64,000 bases of DNA from Lingula anatina (Eukaryota > Animalia > Brachiopoda), in NCBI GenBank assembly GCA_051362555.1, contig CM120648.1:9358587-9422586 (forward strand), given 5' to 3'. A model generated the notes under the pieces. The model did not search any database. It was not told the DNA's origin and saw nothing but the letters and a program-made list of their open reading frames with translations. The stretch's first letter is position 1, and each line of letters opens with the position of its first letter. A program made the translations under genes and the position numbers. Of the stretch, positions 12,826-27,600 are shown one piece after another.

Positions 12826-15800
12826 TAGCTTCGACATAATAAGAGGATCAACCATATACCCTCCGACAGGGGTCTCTGCAGTATGTTACACAACTGAAAA
12901 AAAGTCAGTGGATGATGGGTATAAAACAAACACAAAGTTCAACTAAAGATATTTATTTACTTTTATACTTTTCAACATAGATCGCACCATTTGAATTCTT
13001 TCTTTATCAACACCATGTAGTTGTTATAGTAACTAGTACAAAGAAAATGTGTTCAAACTAACACAAAGTTCTGCTGCAACTATAATAATAATGTAAAAAC
13101 AAAATATACAGGGAAAAATATTTACTTGACTGTACACAATTATATTAATATAACAATATCATCAATGCAGATTCAAAAAGATATTTTACAGGCGGTTCCA
13201 ATTCAAACAGACATGCCATTTCAGAAGTAGGGTTAAAAATCAAAAACAGAAAAAAGATAAAAATCAAAACAATATCGATATGTATCCAGTGACTTACACC
13301 TGCGGTATTTAGTAAATTATTTAAAACATCATATGGACATCTAAAACAGTACTTCATTATCACATTAAAATCATCAACCATTCATTAGATATCTAGGTTA
13401 CCATATGTGCACTTAAAAAAGCCAATCTGAAAGTGATAATAACAATAAGAAAATGCAATTGCTATTACTGTTTTCCAAATGCATTAAAAAATGGAAATGC
13501 AAAAAATCATATGTATTTATTCACATGCGAACAACTAATATTGTAATATTTTTGAAATATGCAAATAATTATTATTCTAGTTTTTCAATGGTTGGCTTTG
13601 GAGAACAGGAGAACAAAGACCTATGCAGCTATACCTGCACTTGATTATACATCATATATCATATATAAGCTGAGGTAATCTACTGCGCTGCAGTACAAAA
13701 GCACCATTATTTGGCATATTTACTAGAGACAATCTACTTTATATCAGAATCACTTCCTGCTACACAACCATGTTTCCAACCTCAAAGCGAGACTGTGCTC
13801 AAGATCTTTTCAATAAGGACACCTTTTAATAAAATATTTGTTTCATTTACAACTGTTGAATTTTTTTAGACTTTTCTTAGCTTTTACATGCAATTTTATA
13901 AATGCAATTTTATATTAATTGTTGAACTTTTTTTGTCCATGCTTCACAATCTTAGCCATTGGCCAAAATGTTCCATTCCGTTTTCCATCAAGACTGATGT
14001 CAACTCAAGCTTGGTGGTGACAGCAGGCAGCGATAAACGATATTTTGTTGAATTACACAAGTTAGGGGACTTTGCAATAACAATAGAAATCTCTAAAACT
14101 TCACCAAGTGCATACTAAAATATTTCTTATACAACTAATGAAAATTCCTGCTGTTTTTACTCATTTGGATTTTTACACTGGAAACCCATTTTTGCCCTTA
14201 ATATCTATTAAAACATATCTATTTTTGAGGTAATGGAAATTAAATACATTGGCACCAAAGGGAAAAAAACACTGATAATTCTTACAAGGCATGAAGTAAT
14301 TGTTCTTAGTTACGGTATGAAAAGGTAATCATAATAGCACTTTTAACACACAAGGATGCACAGTTCAATAACAATCAAAATATTACCAATTTTTTTCAGT
14401 GCTTGTGTTTTGTCACAGATATTACTCAACCACACCCATGGATACTTAGAACACATAAGTGCCATCTTGTATAACTGAGACTGTTCTGATTTCAAAAGTA
14501 AGTTTCTGTGGAGATCACAATGTTCAGTATTTTTCAAACCAGTCAACCATGAAATGAAATACTATTTTGAAAAAAAAAATGTATTGCTTCCTGCGCATTT
14601 AAATTTATGCCCTTATGTCCTTATTATACTAACAGCACACAAGCAGGCCATTCCAAAACCCTCCCCCTCCCCCCCCCCCAAATTAATTAAATAAAATAGA
14701 CAGCATATACAGTACTAAGTTTGTATGACCTTGACCTACTTAACAATTGTATCCAGGGCAACAACCCGCATAATTATGAATAACCAAGCAATTTGAGGCA
14801 GAAGGCCTGACCTATAATTAGGCAACGGTAAAATATAAGATCAGAGGCTGAGACCTTCAGCTCACATATTCAGCTCTTTCTCACAATCTTTCTAGAAAAA
14901 AATAACATACTGTTAAAAATACCAAGGCAATTACATTTTGCTATACTAAAATATCTTATACATATACATATATTTAAATATACTGTACAAAGTTAATATA
15001 ACATATTGATGATTACAATAATATTCATTATACCCGTATTTGAAAGCTAAATTCGTGCAGGTAGCTGCTTTGTGAACCTCCTAGTGACATCACAATGACA
15101 CGTACACACATTTTGATGAGGTATATCACAACAAAATCAGTGAAACAATGCCACTGTGTTCCCAAACACGTAAGCCACTAGTAGGCCCTTGGGGCAAAAA
15201 TTATCTAAGTATTCATATATACATAAACATATATACCATGCATACATCGATATACATATTTATACATATATATATCAATATGCATATTGACACATATATA
15301 TATAAATCACTAAATAAACTGTTCCTAACATGTTCTTTTCAGGGCACTGGACTAGACTACCATGCTTGAGAACTACAAAGACATTTGCCCAATCTTTGCA
15401 CTTGTTCACACACTATGAAAATCCTTTACTTTAACTATCAGGCAAACAAATTTATCTCACCGGGAGACAATCTGGCTTAAAAACATAACAAGGTCTGGAA
15501 CACCCTAAAGGTTCAAGAGAACTTACACTGGGCAAACTCTCATGTGTATCCTCTTGTTTACGGATCTTAGAAGACCAAAGAAGCTCATTTTAAAAACATG
15601 GATCAAACTTTAGTGCATCATTCACAAATATACATATATATATATATATGCTTGTGTAAATACATACATACACAATTGCAGCTTCACCTAACTGAAACAC
15701 TAGTAACCAGGTATAGTGCATTATGAACTATAAAGCACTCAGTATGACCTTGACCTAGTTAAAATTAGGTCAAGGCATTATCTCATCTGTTATTTTAGTC

Positions 15801-15984
15801 TTCACACAGAGTGTAGCCTTCACATCACATGTTTGCTTTAGTGTTGTTCTACTCCATTCACCGGGAACTTTGGGGAAAGTTCAGAGGTCAAGTTCCAAGG
15901 TCATTCAACCATTAGACAAACTGTCTCCTTGCCCAACCCAACCCAGGCAAGATCGCCATGACAACCATGGGAAACATGACATTT

Positions 15985-16150
15985 TAGGTCACTAGGGCCT
16001 ATATCACAAAACAATGTTAACCCCTAAAAACCGGTTTTAACTTCCAAGGCCAATTTTTAAGGCCATTTTGACCCATTGGACTTTTTTCAAGCCAAAAGTT
16101 TACTGATAAAATTTATTATTTTTTAAATTTGAAATTGGCCCCAGTGCCTA
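15985..16150. mobile_element. Degenerate MITE-like inverted-repeat element in the putative Ski 3' UTR
   Basis: TAGGTCACTAGGGCCTATATCACAAAA ... TTTGAAATTGGCCCCAGTGCCTA; a similar right end lies near 44821-44841. Confidence 0.4.
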
Positions 16151-16795
16151 CACTTCCATGCGCCATCATTAACCCACTGGCCCTAACAATGAGTATTGAG
16201 TGCATCAATATGCTCTGAAGGATCTCTTGCTATATGCTAGCTTTAACCAATATTAACAATGGTCAAGCAAGGTACTGAAGGGTACAAGGTATGTACATGC
16301 TGTGGACTGATACCGTCTGCTGGTTGAGGTGGCAGTAAAGTACCAGTAACCACACAAAAACAGTGCAAACCTCTGACAAAACTCAGAGAGAGCACGAATA
16401 AGATAACTTTTAGTTTATACAAGAATGAATTACATTCTTGCTTTCAGGGGTTCATATTCCACGTAACAAGTTTAACAATGGCAGTGTTTACGTATCATAC
16501 AAATGACCTTTTTATGTGATGAAAAAAGCTTAGATAACAATTATCTACTAAATGCAGAAAATAAATTTTGCATTAAAAATGGATAGATTATTCTGTGGAA
16601 AAAAAAACAACAACAGTTATCTGACAACCTAATTTTTGTATAGATATCAAATACTTTAGCATGGCCACTTAATTTAAAACCAACAAAGGTACTAAGCTTG
16701 TTGTCTCAAACATTAAGGCATTTACTCATAAATTTGCATCACCTCAGCTTATTCAATAATTCAACATTCTAAATTTCATCAATTTGAATAACTCA

Positions 16796-16899
<104 letters not shown>

Positions 16900-18231
16900 T
16901 GTGAAATTTAATTTTCTCCTCTTTTGAAAATAAATCTTTCAGAGCTGTGCCTTACAAAACAATTTTACAGAATCAACCTTCTGATTAAATTTGAATTTGA
17001 GTTTTTACAATATGCTATAAGCCAGTGAACAGTAATTGGAGATGTAAACTTTTCACCCCACCACATTCAAACCCCATTTTAGGCAAGCCATCCAGAACAC
17101 TTCAATGTCTGAACAGTTTTTATGAAAACTGGATAATGCCTTGAGAACTGTACAGCAATATACAGAAAGAGCTACCTGCACTCGTAACTAATTCATGTGA
17201 GCTTCTGCTCTGTGTTGAACTGAGCTTTTTTTATACCCTGTGATATTTCATTCATTTTGCAAACTGAAATATTTCCTCGTCTAGGACTTCAATGGTGCAA
17301 AACACAACAGAACAAAGGTTCCAATCACTTCAATATGTACACACATGAAGCTAAACCTTGGGCTCTGGTGATAGAGGCTCCTTTCACATTAAACCGCGCA
17401 GTTTTCTGGAACAGTTTTTCCATAACACACCTGTTTGACTAATCTTAACATCGTAATTATGCAATAAGGGTTTTTACTCCCTTTTACAAGCCCCCATTGT
17501 ATGATTCAAAATCAGTTTTGTTAACTGGTCGTAATGAGCATGGGGGCTCCGTTTAGAGGGCTCCCTCGCATAATGGCCAGGCTATCAAATAAGTCAATCT
17601 CCCAAACTGGAGTGCTTAAAAAACTGTTCCCATTGATGTGAAGAGGGCCTTGATGAATAGATAAAGAACCAGGCAAAGTGCAATAATATTCTCCTATAGA
17701 TGGCAGCACAGAGCTGTTATATAGCATATAATAATAGTAGCACCTTGATTATTACTCATGAACACAATGATCCCTGATGTCAAAGGGGGAGGAGGGGGTC
17801 TTCAATGCTGACCCACTGATCTCGTACTCCTTAATGTTCTTCAGCTTGGAACTTGCCCCAGAAGTCAAGTCTTTTCATATGAACACCCAAGTGCATTGAA
17901 GATGCAGGGGCTGGTATATAGTCCCAAAGGTCATGGCCACTTTGAATAAACCTCCCTTGTGCTAACCATCATCTACACACGGCTAGATGTAGGCCAAGGA
18001 TATACAAGGGTGACAAGTCTTTCAGTGTGTTAAGTAGTCAGTGTATGTATGCCTGTGAACTCTCTACACCAGGAGAGAGAAAATGAGAAAAAAACACCCG
18101 CACGTTCTAAGACAGGACTTCACTGTTCTTGCCATTGTTGTGTCTGCTCTCTCTAGATGCCACATCTCAGAATTTCCCCCCATTCTGGATGTCAACTGCA
18201 ACCCTTGGTTTTTAACGTTAAAAGTTGCAGA

Positions 18232-18866
18232 CTACTTTGGCGATGTGGATTTATTTCCAAAAGAAAATTTTGAATGAACATAAGAGGAGTCCCTACTGGA
18301 TTTGTTGATAGGGTTTTCGCTTTTCTGGGAGAATTTCTCCTCGGATTCGAGTCTGCTTAAAACACTTTTTTTGGGTGACATTAACAAGTGGGGGCGAGAT
18401 GCCAAGTGACTCTTCGTAGTTGACACGTCCTCGTTGTTCCTCCTCTCCTCCATCATGGTGGCGTTTTGCTTGCGGAGGTGTTCCACTTCCTTCTCGGCAC
18501 ACTGTAGCTTCAAAATCATTTCTTCTCTCTCTAGCTTCTGTTTCACTTCATTCTGGAATGAGATATTGCAGGTATTTAGATTAAGAGCACCGTTGGACTA
18601 TGTATCCAGATTTAGACTGAATTATTTTCATTCTGGAAAAACATGCTCACCAAAAGTATCCCCTGTCCTCACCAGAATAATGAGAAAAACTGGTGAACAA
18701 TATTCTCTTCCATTTCATCAACCAATAACTAATTGTTGGAAGTAACTATTAGATGACTTTTTAAAATTTTGAACAAACAGTGCAGAAAAAATGTTCATAC
18801 ACCCAAATGCTTTTATATAAACCTAAAATAAAATAATAAGCAAGATAACAATAAAAAAATATATAC

Positions 18867-18916
<50 letters not shown>

Positions 18917-20134
18917 TGAAAATCGGTCTCAAATTTTGCCAGTGGGAACACCTCCAGATTCATGTGTTAACTGAACCATTCCATTAAGCTGGGCTTTTAA
19001 TACAAAGAGTGCCAAGAAAGCTTGCTAGAGTTAACAAAACAAATAGATTAATGGAAGACCATCAGACTGCAAAGATAAATTCCGCCTCCAGATCTCTGTA
19101 AGTGAAAACTACATATAAACCCTATATAACCCCTTCTAATCCAATAAAAGATATGATTCTCGGAAAAAGCACTGGTTGGCCCTTTTAGCTGACTAACTCG
19201 GTCCACTCCGCCTGGGGACCACATGTTTTGCAATGTGCCCCACTTGTCAAAACAAATGCCGCCATCTTAACCGCAGTTGTGTATGGCGCAGGGCATAAGT
19301 GCCACAGACCTTTTACGTCACACCAACACATGTGTTTATTTGTACACAGATTTACTGTGCTATTTTGGTTGGCAAGTGGTATGTTTTGATCTTTCCGGGT
19401 TCAGGAGGAAAACAGCAACCCTTCCTCGCTTGCTATTTAACCTTAATAACAGAGCGCATTGCTCCAGGTACAATGAAAGTCTTGATAAACTTTCCTATAT
19501 TTTTCTTAATTTCTGTGACATCTGTATGCAGTAGGATGTGGGGGGACATGAAGGGTCCATTCAAACAGAGCCTAACTTCAAACCGATTTGAGCCAAAAAT
19601 GCATTATTAGACTACCAACTTAATCAAAACTGGGTTCAAAAATTTGGGAAAACTCTCCAAAAATAAGAAAAAAAATGCCATATAACTCTATCTATACATT
19701 GCAGCATAATGACATACAATGAAACATATTTTTTTCCTAAGCCAATGTTTCTTATATCAGTCATGAGCTAGTAACAAAACCTAATAAAAAAGACAACTGC
19801 ATTAGACACCTAATGCTATGTTTACTGGTTATCAAGGGGTTTTACTTCACAGCTGCTGTCTGCCTCAGAACAAACAGGATTTCTTGGAATTCTACACAAG
19901 CTAAGATTCCAGGAAAATGTTTTGCCTAGATAAGTGCATCAAAGAAGTCGATACTGTGGAGAGCTAGCCCAACTATATAGTCTGACAATGGAAAATGGGA
20001 CTTGCCTTCCTTTTTTGTCATACATTTCAGTTTCATAAGCAGCTCTGTTTCAGTTAAATAAGAAAATATTTCATTTTTTAAACTTATAATTTCAGCCCAG
20101 ATATAGGTTTTTCTATATATCTAACCACATGACC

Positions 20135-20184
<50 letters not shown>

Positions 20185-23100
20185 GATCATTTATATACCT
20201 TGGATGGATCAAAATTTTCTTGTTGCTGCTGTCTCAAAAAGCTGATCTCTTGTTGGAGTTCTTCTTCTCGAGCTTTAGCCATTTCCCATGCTTTAGCAAG
20301 CTCCTCTTGAGTTGCTTGCAGCTCTTTGTGCAGGCTTTTCTTTGCTGCAGACAATTCTCGGAGTTTTTGTTTGTTGGACAGTCTCAGGAATTCCAGCTCC
20401 TTAAATGGACGAAATATATTTCAGGAGGTTTTACTTTTATCTTTTTCAATTACTGCCATATACACAATATTTGAGATTTGTGACATGCATAAGCAGCTTA
20501 TGATCACGTCAAAACCAACGTTACAAATATCCATGTCATAATGGGTCAATAATTCAGAGCAAAAATTCAATTTGGCTACATTTTTTTGCCATTCAACCAA
20601 AACCAATGCAAATTACAATTGAAAAATATTGGCAACACTCTTAATTAGACTTAACCATGCTGATTTAAAGTTAGCGATGATTAACTTGGCAAATGTAGTG
20701 AAACCACTCCCCACCCTCTACCCAATTGGTCAAAAATGTGGTACTTTACAAACTGATGATTTTTTCAGCAATTTAATGTTGGAGACAAAAAGGGGATTTA
20801 CAGTAGCATGACGTAGAGGTTGCACATTCAGTCACACATTTCCTTTTTCTTTTCTGCAAAACAACTCTTTTTCTGCAAAACAACTAACTAGAATTTGTTG
20901 GAAATATGTCTTTGACGTCATATTCATTTTTACCTGTGGGCTAAAGACTTGCAATATGCATGTTACACCCTTAAAGAGAGAAAAGAAAGGAATTTTCTTG
21001 GAAACTAATTATCACCTTTATCACACAGGAAAATGATGACCTATAACTTATAGTATAAACCCAATTTTTCATTTTCCAACTGCTAATTTCACCTATGTTA
21101 GTTTTACTGTTCACTAGTCTCAAGAATGGCTGAAAAAATGAGAAAGTTTGTAATTTGTCTATGATTTTGAATTTGTTATATCTTGGTGGCTGAAGAAAAA
21201 GGGTTGTAATTTTCAAGAAAATAACACCCATTGTAAGCTTTAAAGTAGTCTAAGAGCATATTCAGAACAAATGATCCTCAACACGTGCTGTCGCTGTAGG
21301 GTCCTACCAATTCAATTTCAGAGCTGAGATTTGATCCATTTAATGGCAAGTGGGGAGGCGGGGAGACCATCAGGAAATGAGTGGCATTGCTTTTTAAGTG
21401 GGGTCAGCCATATTTAGAAGGCAGATCAGTAAGTCCACGGATCACCTGTTCTGAATGCACTATAAGTATAATGTAGTGTTTAGTACAGAAGAACTTAGGG
21501 CGTATTCCCAGACATTTAGATCGATCTATCCCCGTGGGGAGTCTCACTAGATAACTGTCAGATAATCTGGCTTAAATGTCCGTCCCGCCTACTACAAGCT
21601 GTAAGGGGGTAATTAACTTTCGTGCCCGCTCGGCTGACAGCTATTTAGCGTGAACCCCCAGGGAGTTAGGTCGATCTAGTTTGGATCGATCTAATCTCTG
21701 GGAATGGGGTCTTAGATTCCTAAGGCTTTTTTTGGTCATTTTTGGTGTAATTAGTCATGTGTAAGCCTTAAACCAAATGAAAGACCATATAAATGATTAG
21801 TTTTTGGGAAACAGGGTTGATTTTGGGAAACCAAGTAATTGTTATCCTATGGTTTTCCTTTTTTTATATATTAAACATTTAAAACTGTGTGATAAAATAA
21901 GTTACCTGTTGAAGTCTCTTTTTGCTCTCCAATGCAGAACTAAAATCAGTCTCCATCTTTTTATGTATCTCCTCAAACTCTTCTAAATACTTTTCTTTAT
22001 TGGTGACTTCCCCATCCAGCGCCTTCTTCATCATTTCTACCTCCCTCTCTAAAGAGCTCTCAAATGTTTCCATTGTGGTCACTCGCCTGTCCCCAGTCTC
22101 TGTTGGGGTTGATGGCTCTATTTGTGAAGATAAAGTAGTCTTTTTATTGAAATATTAATAATTGAATGTTTAATTCTAGTCCCAATTTTACTGTTCAGAT
22201 TCTAGCTAATTATGCCTAAAATGATGTTTCATAAAATTAGGTAAAAAAAATAACCTTTTGGGGTTAGTTTTTCAAAATGAATTATCATGATCTACATTTT
22301 TTAATTTTATTCACAGATTCCAAAGTGGGACATTTCTTTGTTTCTTTTAAAATAATAATAATATATGTTACTTTGCATCTCCAAACCCCCCAACAAGAAG
22401 TTAAAAGATAATAAATGAGAAAACAGAAAATGGTTTAAAAAATGTAACTTAAAAAGACACCTATTCACTACTGGGAGTCTGCATTTAAACCTTTTTGTCA
22501 CAACACTGAGTTACAAAAAAAATTCATAAAATCATTCACAGCTCTTGTACTACTCACCTGAAACTGCTGAGTCATCAGTATCTGTTGTTGACAGGGCCAG
22601 ATCTCCATCTTTTTCTTCTTCTTTTACCAGTTTTTCTTCCCCCTCTTCGTCTTCCTTTTTCTTGGCCAGGGGTGCCAAGGACACATTGGGGGCAAAGTGG
22701 GGCTCATACCTGATCAGATATTAAGGAATTTTAAAGGAATTTTGCCCCATCAGTAGGTTTCAAGTTTTTTAAAATGCATTTTTAATGTTTATTGGGTAAA
22801 CCTACTATATGGCCCTTTCCACAGGAAAATGCAGTTTTTTTATTTATTTATTTACTTATCATGCATTGCTCAAAAGATGCCAATGCACTTTTTCAAATTC
22901 ATATCTACTTCAACTAGACAGTAAATGAAAATTCTCATCACTTGCTCATTTTTCAACAGTCTTGTTATTTGCACAAGACAGCAAATCTGGCAATATCACT
23001 GATGACACGATGAACAAAAAATCAAATATATTTTCCATAAAGAAGAAAGGGTAATACAACTAAAACTTCATTGTAGCCAAAAACAGACAGCATCATATTC

Positions 23101-24623
23101 CTAGACATACTGTGTTTGCATATAGCAGCATGACATGAATGTAAATCTTATTACACTATGTGGCTCAGACACAACACATAAATTATCCTCCTTACCTGCC
23201 CGACTGGTAGTGCGGCACCACTCTCTCTGGGTTCAGCAATATTGGTGGCCCCGTGTGGAGATAAGATGGCAGCGCAGCCCTCACTCCACTGAAAGGCACA
23301 AAAACAAAATTGATACTTATTTGCAAAAATAATTTTAAAAAATAAAAGGCAGTATGTAAGCTAGAGCATAAATGCTGAAAACGGGTTTGGTTAAGTATAA
23401 GCTTCTTTCTTTCAAACTAAAAACATTTATTAACTTCAAACATACAAATTCAACATACCCTTCCCTGATTTTAATCAAATCCCCATTTTAATCCAAATCA
23501 ATGATATATTGCTGCACATGTTCACACATTTTATTTATTTATTTTTTGCCCTAAACCAAATATAACTTTGCATGCTGGAAAAAAACCACATCACTGCCTT
23601 AACCAAAAGTAACAAACAGCACTCCATTGATTTTTCACCTTCACATTTCCCACATACATCAAACGGACATGAGCCCCTTTTAACAATACGAAGAAGTCAT
23701 TGAACTCAGCAGAATGTAAGGTCAAGGATTCAGTGATTTTTCTTGGCATCTAGAAAATCAGACAAAATCGTCTGAAATCAGAACAACGCCTTCTTCAGGG
23801 CATCGTGAAATTTGTGTGCCAAGATGCCAACTTCAGTCAAAACAATGAGTCTAAAGACATAATAAATACAGACTCCTTATCTTAAAAGAGAGTTATAAAA
23901 CAGTAATTGAAATGTCATGGGCAAACAGTCTGGAGAGGCAAGAATATTGACAAGGCAAAACATTTTGATAAAAAAGCACAGCCAGTACCAAATGAAACAA
24001 TTTTCCTCCCTTTTTTTAAACACAGTAATTACCTGCAAATTTTAAACAGTTTCTTCCAATCATTTTATAATTTGGAAATTTCTAAGCACATAACAGTACA
24101 CAAGGAGTCGTGACAGCAGTGTCAACATTCTACATTCATTCTGTAACAAAATATCTCCAATACTTTAACAGTACATCGCCTCCAGTACTTTTATAATACA
24201 CAAAGAGACACACTAAAGTAGTGTCAATGTTCTGTCTGTGCTATGGTTGTGCATAACGTCTCCTGTGCTATAAAAGTACATAGGGGGCCATTAGCCAAAC
24301 ATCATTATCCATTCATGCTGCAATGCCTCATTCTGTGATTTCCTTGTCCTTTTTATTGTCAGAGTCCTGCCGAGGCTATTTAATGCAACATGGATGAGTC
24401 CTGCACCCCATATCCTTGTATAACCTTTTCAATTTATATCCTGTTAGCTGTGATTAAGAACATGCAAGTTCCCAGGTTTCAATTATGTTAATATCCTCCT
24501 TTTCAGTATTGACTGGTAGTTTTACATGTTTGTGCGCAAAAATATCATGTGAACATGTGTATGGAGTTACTCAGATGTATTCAAGGATACACATGGACAA
24601 ACTTGAAAAAGACATAACTGCTC

Positions 24624-24656
<33 letters not shown>

Positions 24657-27600
24657 TTTTTGACACTTTAGGTTCTTAAAAGCTTACCTCTCCCTCATCA
24701 GTGCTGGTGGAGCAGGCAGTCCCTTTCCCTCTTTCAACAAGTTCAGAACGTTGGGGGACCATGGCCTGAATGCAGACATGTGTCCAGGATGGCGGACATC
24801 TGTCCACGACGATGACAGACCAACCTCCTGGCTTGGGCTGACAATTTCTTCATCATACTTTGTCTTTTTGGCCTCTTTCTCCTCGGACAACCCCTGTTGA
24901 GAACAAAAAAATAAATAAAAATATAGGCATGAAATTTAATCAACCTATATACAACAGAATTTTTCCTAGTTTGTATAGAAATTTATTTCAAAAACCTATG
25001 TCCTACAGATGTCACCTTACACTAGAAAAACTATGACCCCATTCCCAGAGATTAGATCGATCCAACTAGATCGACCTAACTCCCTGGGGGTTCACGCTAA
25101 ATAGCTGTCAGCCGAGCAGGCATGAAAGTACCCCCTTACAGCTTCTAGTAAGCGGGACGGACATTCAAGCCGGATTATCTGACAGTAATCTAGTGAGACT
25201 CCCCACGGGGATAGATCGATCTTAAATCTATGGGAATGCGCCCTATGGCTCACAGACGTTACCTTACTATGCTAAAACAACCTTATTTCCAAGAGACAGT
25301 GCCTTATGTTAAAACAGGCTACATCTAACATATACTAGAGACAGTGCCATAGGCTAAAACAACCCTTGTCCCATACAGTACTGGCCCTGTGATTAGTTTT
25401 CAACCTGTCTAGGTCCATAAGTGTCTGAACATGATAAACATGCTTATTAATTACATATTATATTAACCACAATATAATGTTCCATCCATTTGCAGACGGA
25501 ATGGCGAAGCAGTACTTTCACTGGAGGAACTGAGCAAATAAGTTCAAAGATTGAGGAAAATTGAATAGTTACTAAAAAGAAATTCCAAATGCTTTTCTAG
25601 TATGTTTCTAGAAAGTTACATACATGAAGGCCCTAGATAACATGTTTAATTCAAAATCTGATCTCAAAGGTGTTGATGTTGATATTACAGTGGGGGTGGG
25701 GGTGGGGGTGGGGGGTGATCAAGGCCCTTAGATGAAGGGTCAAAACATCATGGCACATGTGTAGAATAAAAACTCTTTTATATTCAAGTCTTTTAAAAAC
25801 AATTTCTTATGTTATCAAGTTCGAAGGAACATGTAGAAAACCCCATCAACATTCACCAGGGTTCAGCAGTGAATGTAGCTGTGTGTCTATCATAACATAT
25901 ACTGAATGGACATCTATAGATATATTCATACTAGCAAATCAATTTGGTTACCGAGATGTTGACCCATTAAGGACCTAAAACGGTTTGGTTCTGTAACCGG
26001 TATAAACACAGTTTATGAAAGTGTCTCCATAGTTCTGAGTATAATGGGAGTTTAAGCTGGTAGCGAGATTAATTCAGACAGCAGCACTGTGCTTCGCCAT
26101 TGATCCTTGTCAAATGACAGACAGAACATTCGTTTGCCTCTGTAAAATCAATACTCCGGCGACAGATGGGAAGCGAAGGATCATGGTTGTCGTCTGCAAC
26201 TGGGCTATCAACGTATGTGGTGTCTAGGATCTTTAGTGTATGATCTGTGGAGCAGAAGTTGTTGAAAAGATGGCACAATATTTTCGTTTTCTCAGTAAAT
26301 ATGTTGGCCACTGTGTGGTGATATAGCTTAATGTACCAGCTTCATCTGTCTATCCAAGTATGGCAATTAATATGCATGCCGATTTATAGCTTGGTTGAGA
26401 CACAAAAGACCAATTTATCAAACTTCCACTTTTTGAGCAAACCTTCCAGCACTGGTTGAATACAAAGTTAAATCACAGTAGGGGGGGGGGGGGGGTAGAC
26501 GATAAACAATACGGTATTGATAGTGCTCTAGATTTCTTCCTGGTAATAAACTTCTGGGACAAAGACCTTTTCTTCTCTAGCCTGATAAAATCCAGGAATC
26601 AAATCAAACTTTGCCTTGTTCATTAAAAACAAGTATCTGAAAGGTAACCTGCTATGAATTTCATAATAAGGAACAGAAGCATGTAACTTTAATCTAGGTA
26701 ACCACATTCTTTAAATAGTAATACAATTCTATTTATGTGAAGAAAACACTTGGTTCACCTTTCATCATGCAAAATGTCAAGATTGCCCCAGATATAGCAA
26801 CAGAAAAATAGTCTTTACTTTATAGACATTTATATGTTGTAAGGGACCTTCAAATGCAATAAACAGGATATAAAAATTCACTTTTTCTTTCCTTGCTTGC
26901 CTCAGCACTTAAAAAGTTGTCATACTACGTTCAGCTGCCCAATGTAGTAAATAAAACAAACCAACTGTAATAATTTCCTCCAACCCTTGGGCCTTGTTTT
27001 GCTCAGTCTTGGTAAACTTTACGTCTATTCTACAATTCCCCCTTACTCTTCCCACTTGTTGTGAACAGCTTCTGTAATCTTAGTCTATTTTGAGTCAAGG
27101 GTTATCTGGTAATGCACTTGGAAATCTCCCCCTCAGGCAGCTTCACCCCTCTTCCCTGTCCCTCCCTTAATCAATGTACACAAAGGTCAGTCAGTTCACA
27201 AAACAGACACACTACAATCAGCTAGGAAATCAGCTCGTTAATGCCACAAATCTTCGGTCAGTTGGTGCAGTTAAAGAGTGAAAGAAAAGCGAGTGTATTG
27301 ATTGACTAGTAAATCGTGCGGGTATAATTTGCTGCATTCCGCTTTTCTTATAGCTGGAGGAGGAGGAGGCACTGTTGAAGCGCAAGAAATAAAATTGAGT
27401 TGGCGCAGCACACTGGGTATTTCTCATTCCTTTCTGCCTTCCCAGAATTCCATGGGCTCTCCAAATGCTGACAGGTACTACATCGAATTGAAGACTTACT
27501 TCGGCAAAAAACACAATTATTTGCCATTATATTCTTATATATGATTTAGTAAAAAAAAACTAAAAAATGTAAATGGAAAAGTTTTTTACTGTATGTCACT

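Noticed and set aside
14726-15776. TGACCTTGACCT (AGGTCA direct repeat) twice, one within a small hairpin
   Set aside because: Short motif that is common in dispersed invertebrate repeats; cannot be called a nuclear-receptor element from sequence alone.
19190-19560. GC-richer island with a YY1-like GCCGCCATCTT in the last Ski intron
   Set aside because: Probably an old repeat, but I could not define termini, a TSD or a second copy.
26069-26311. Cys-rich 80-aa ORF in Ski intron 1
   Set aside because: No recognisable domain or convincing splice sites; consistent with a chance ORF.
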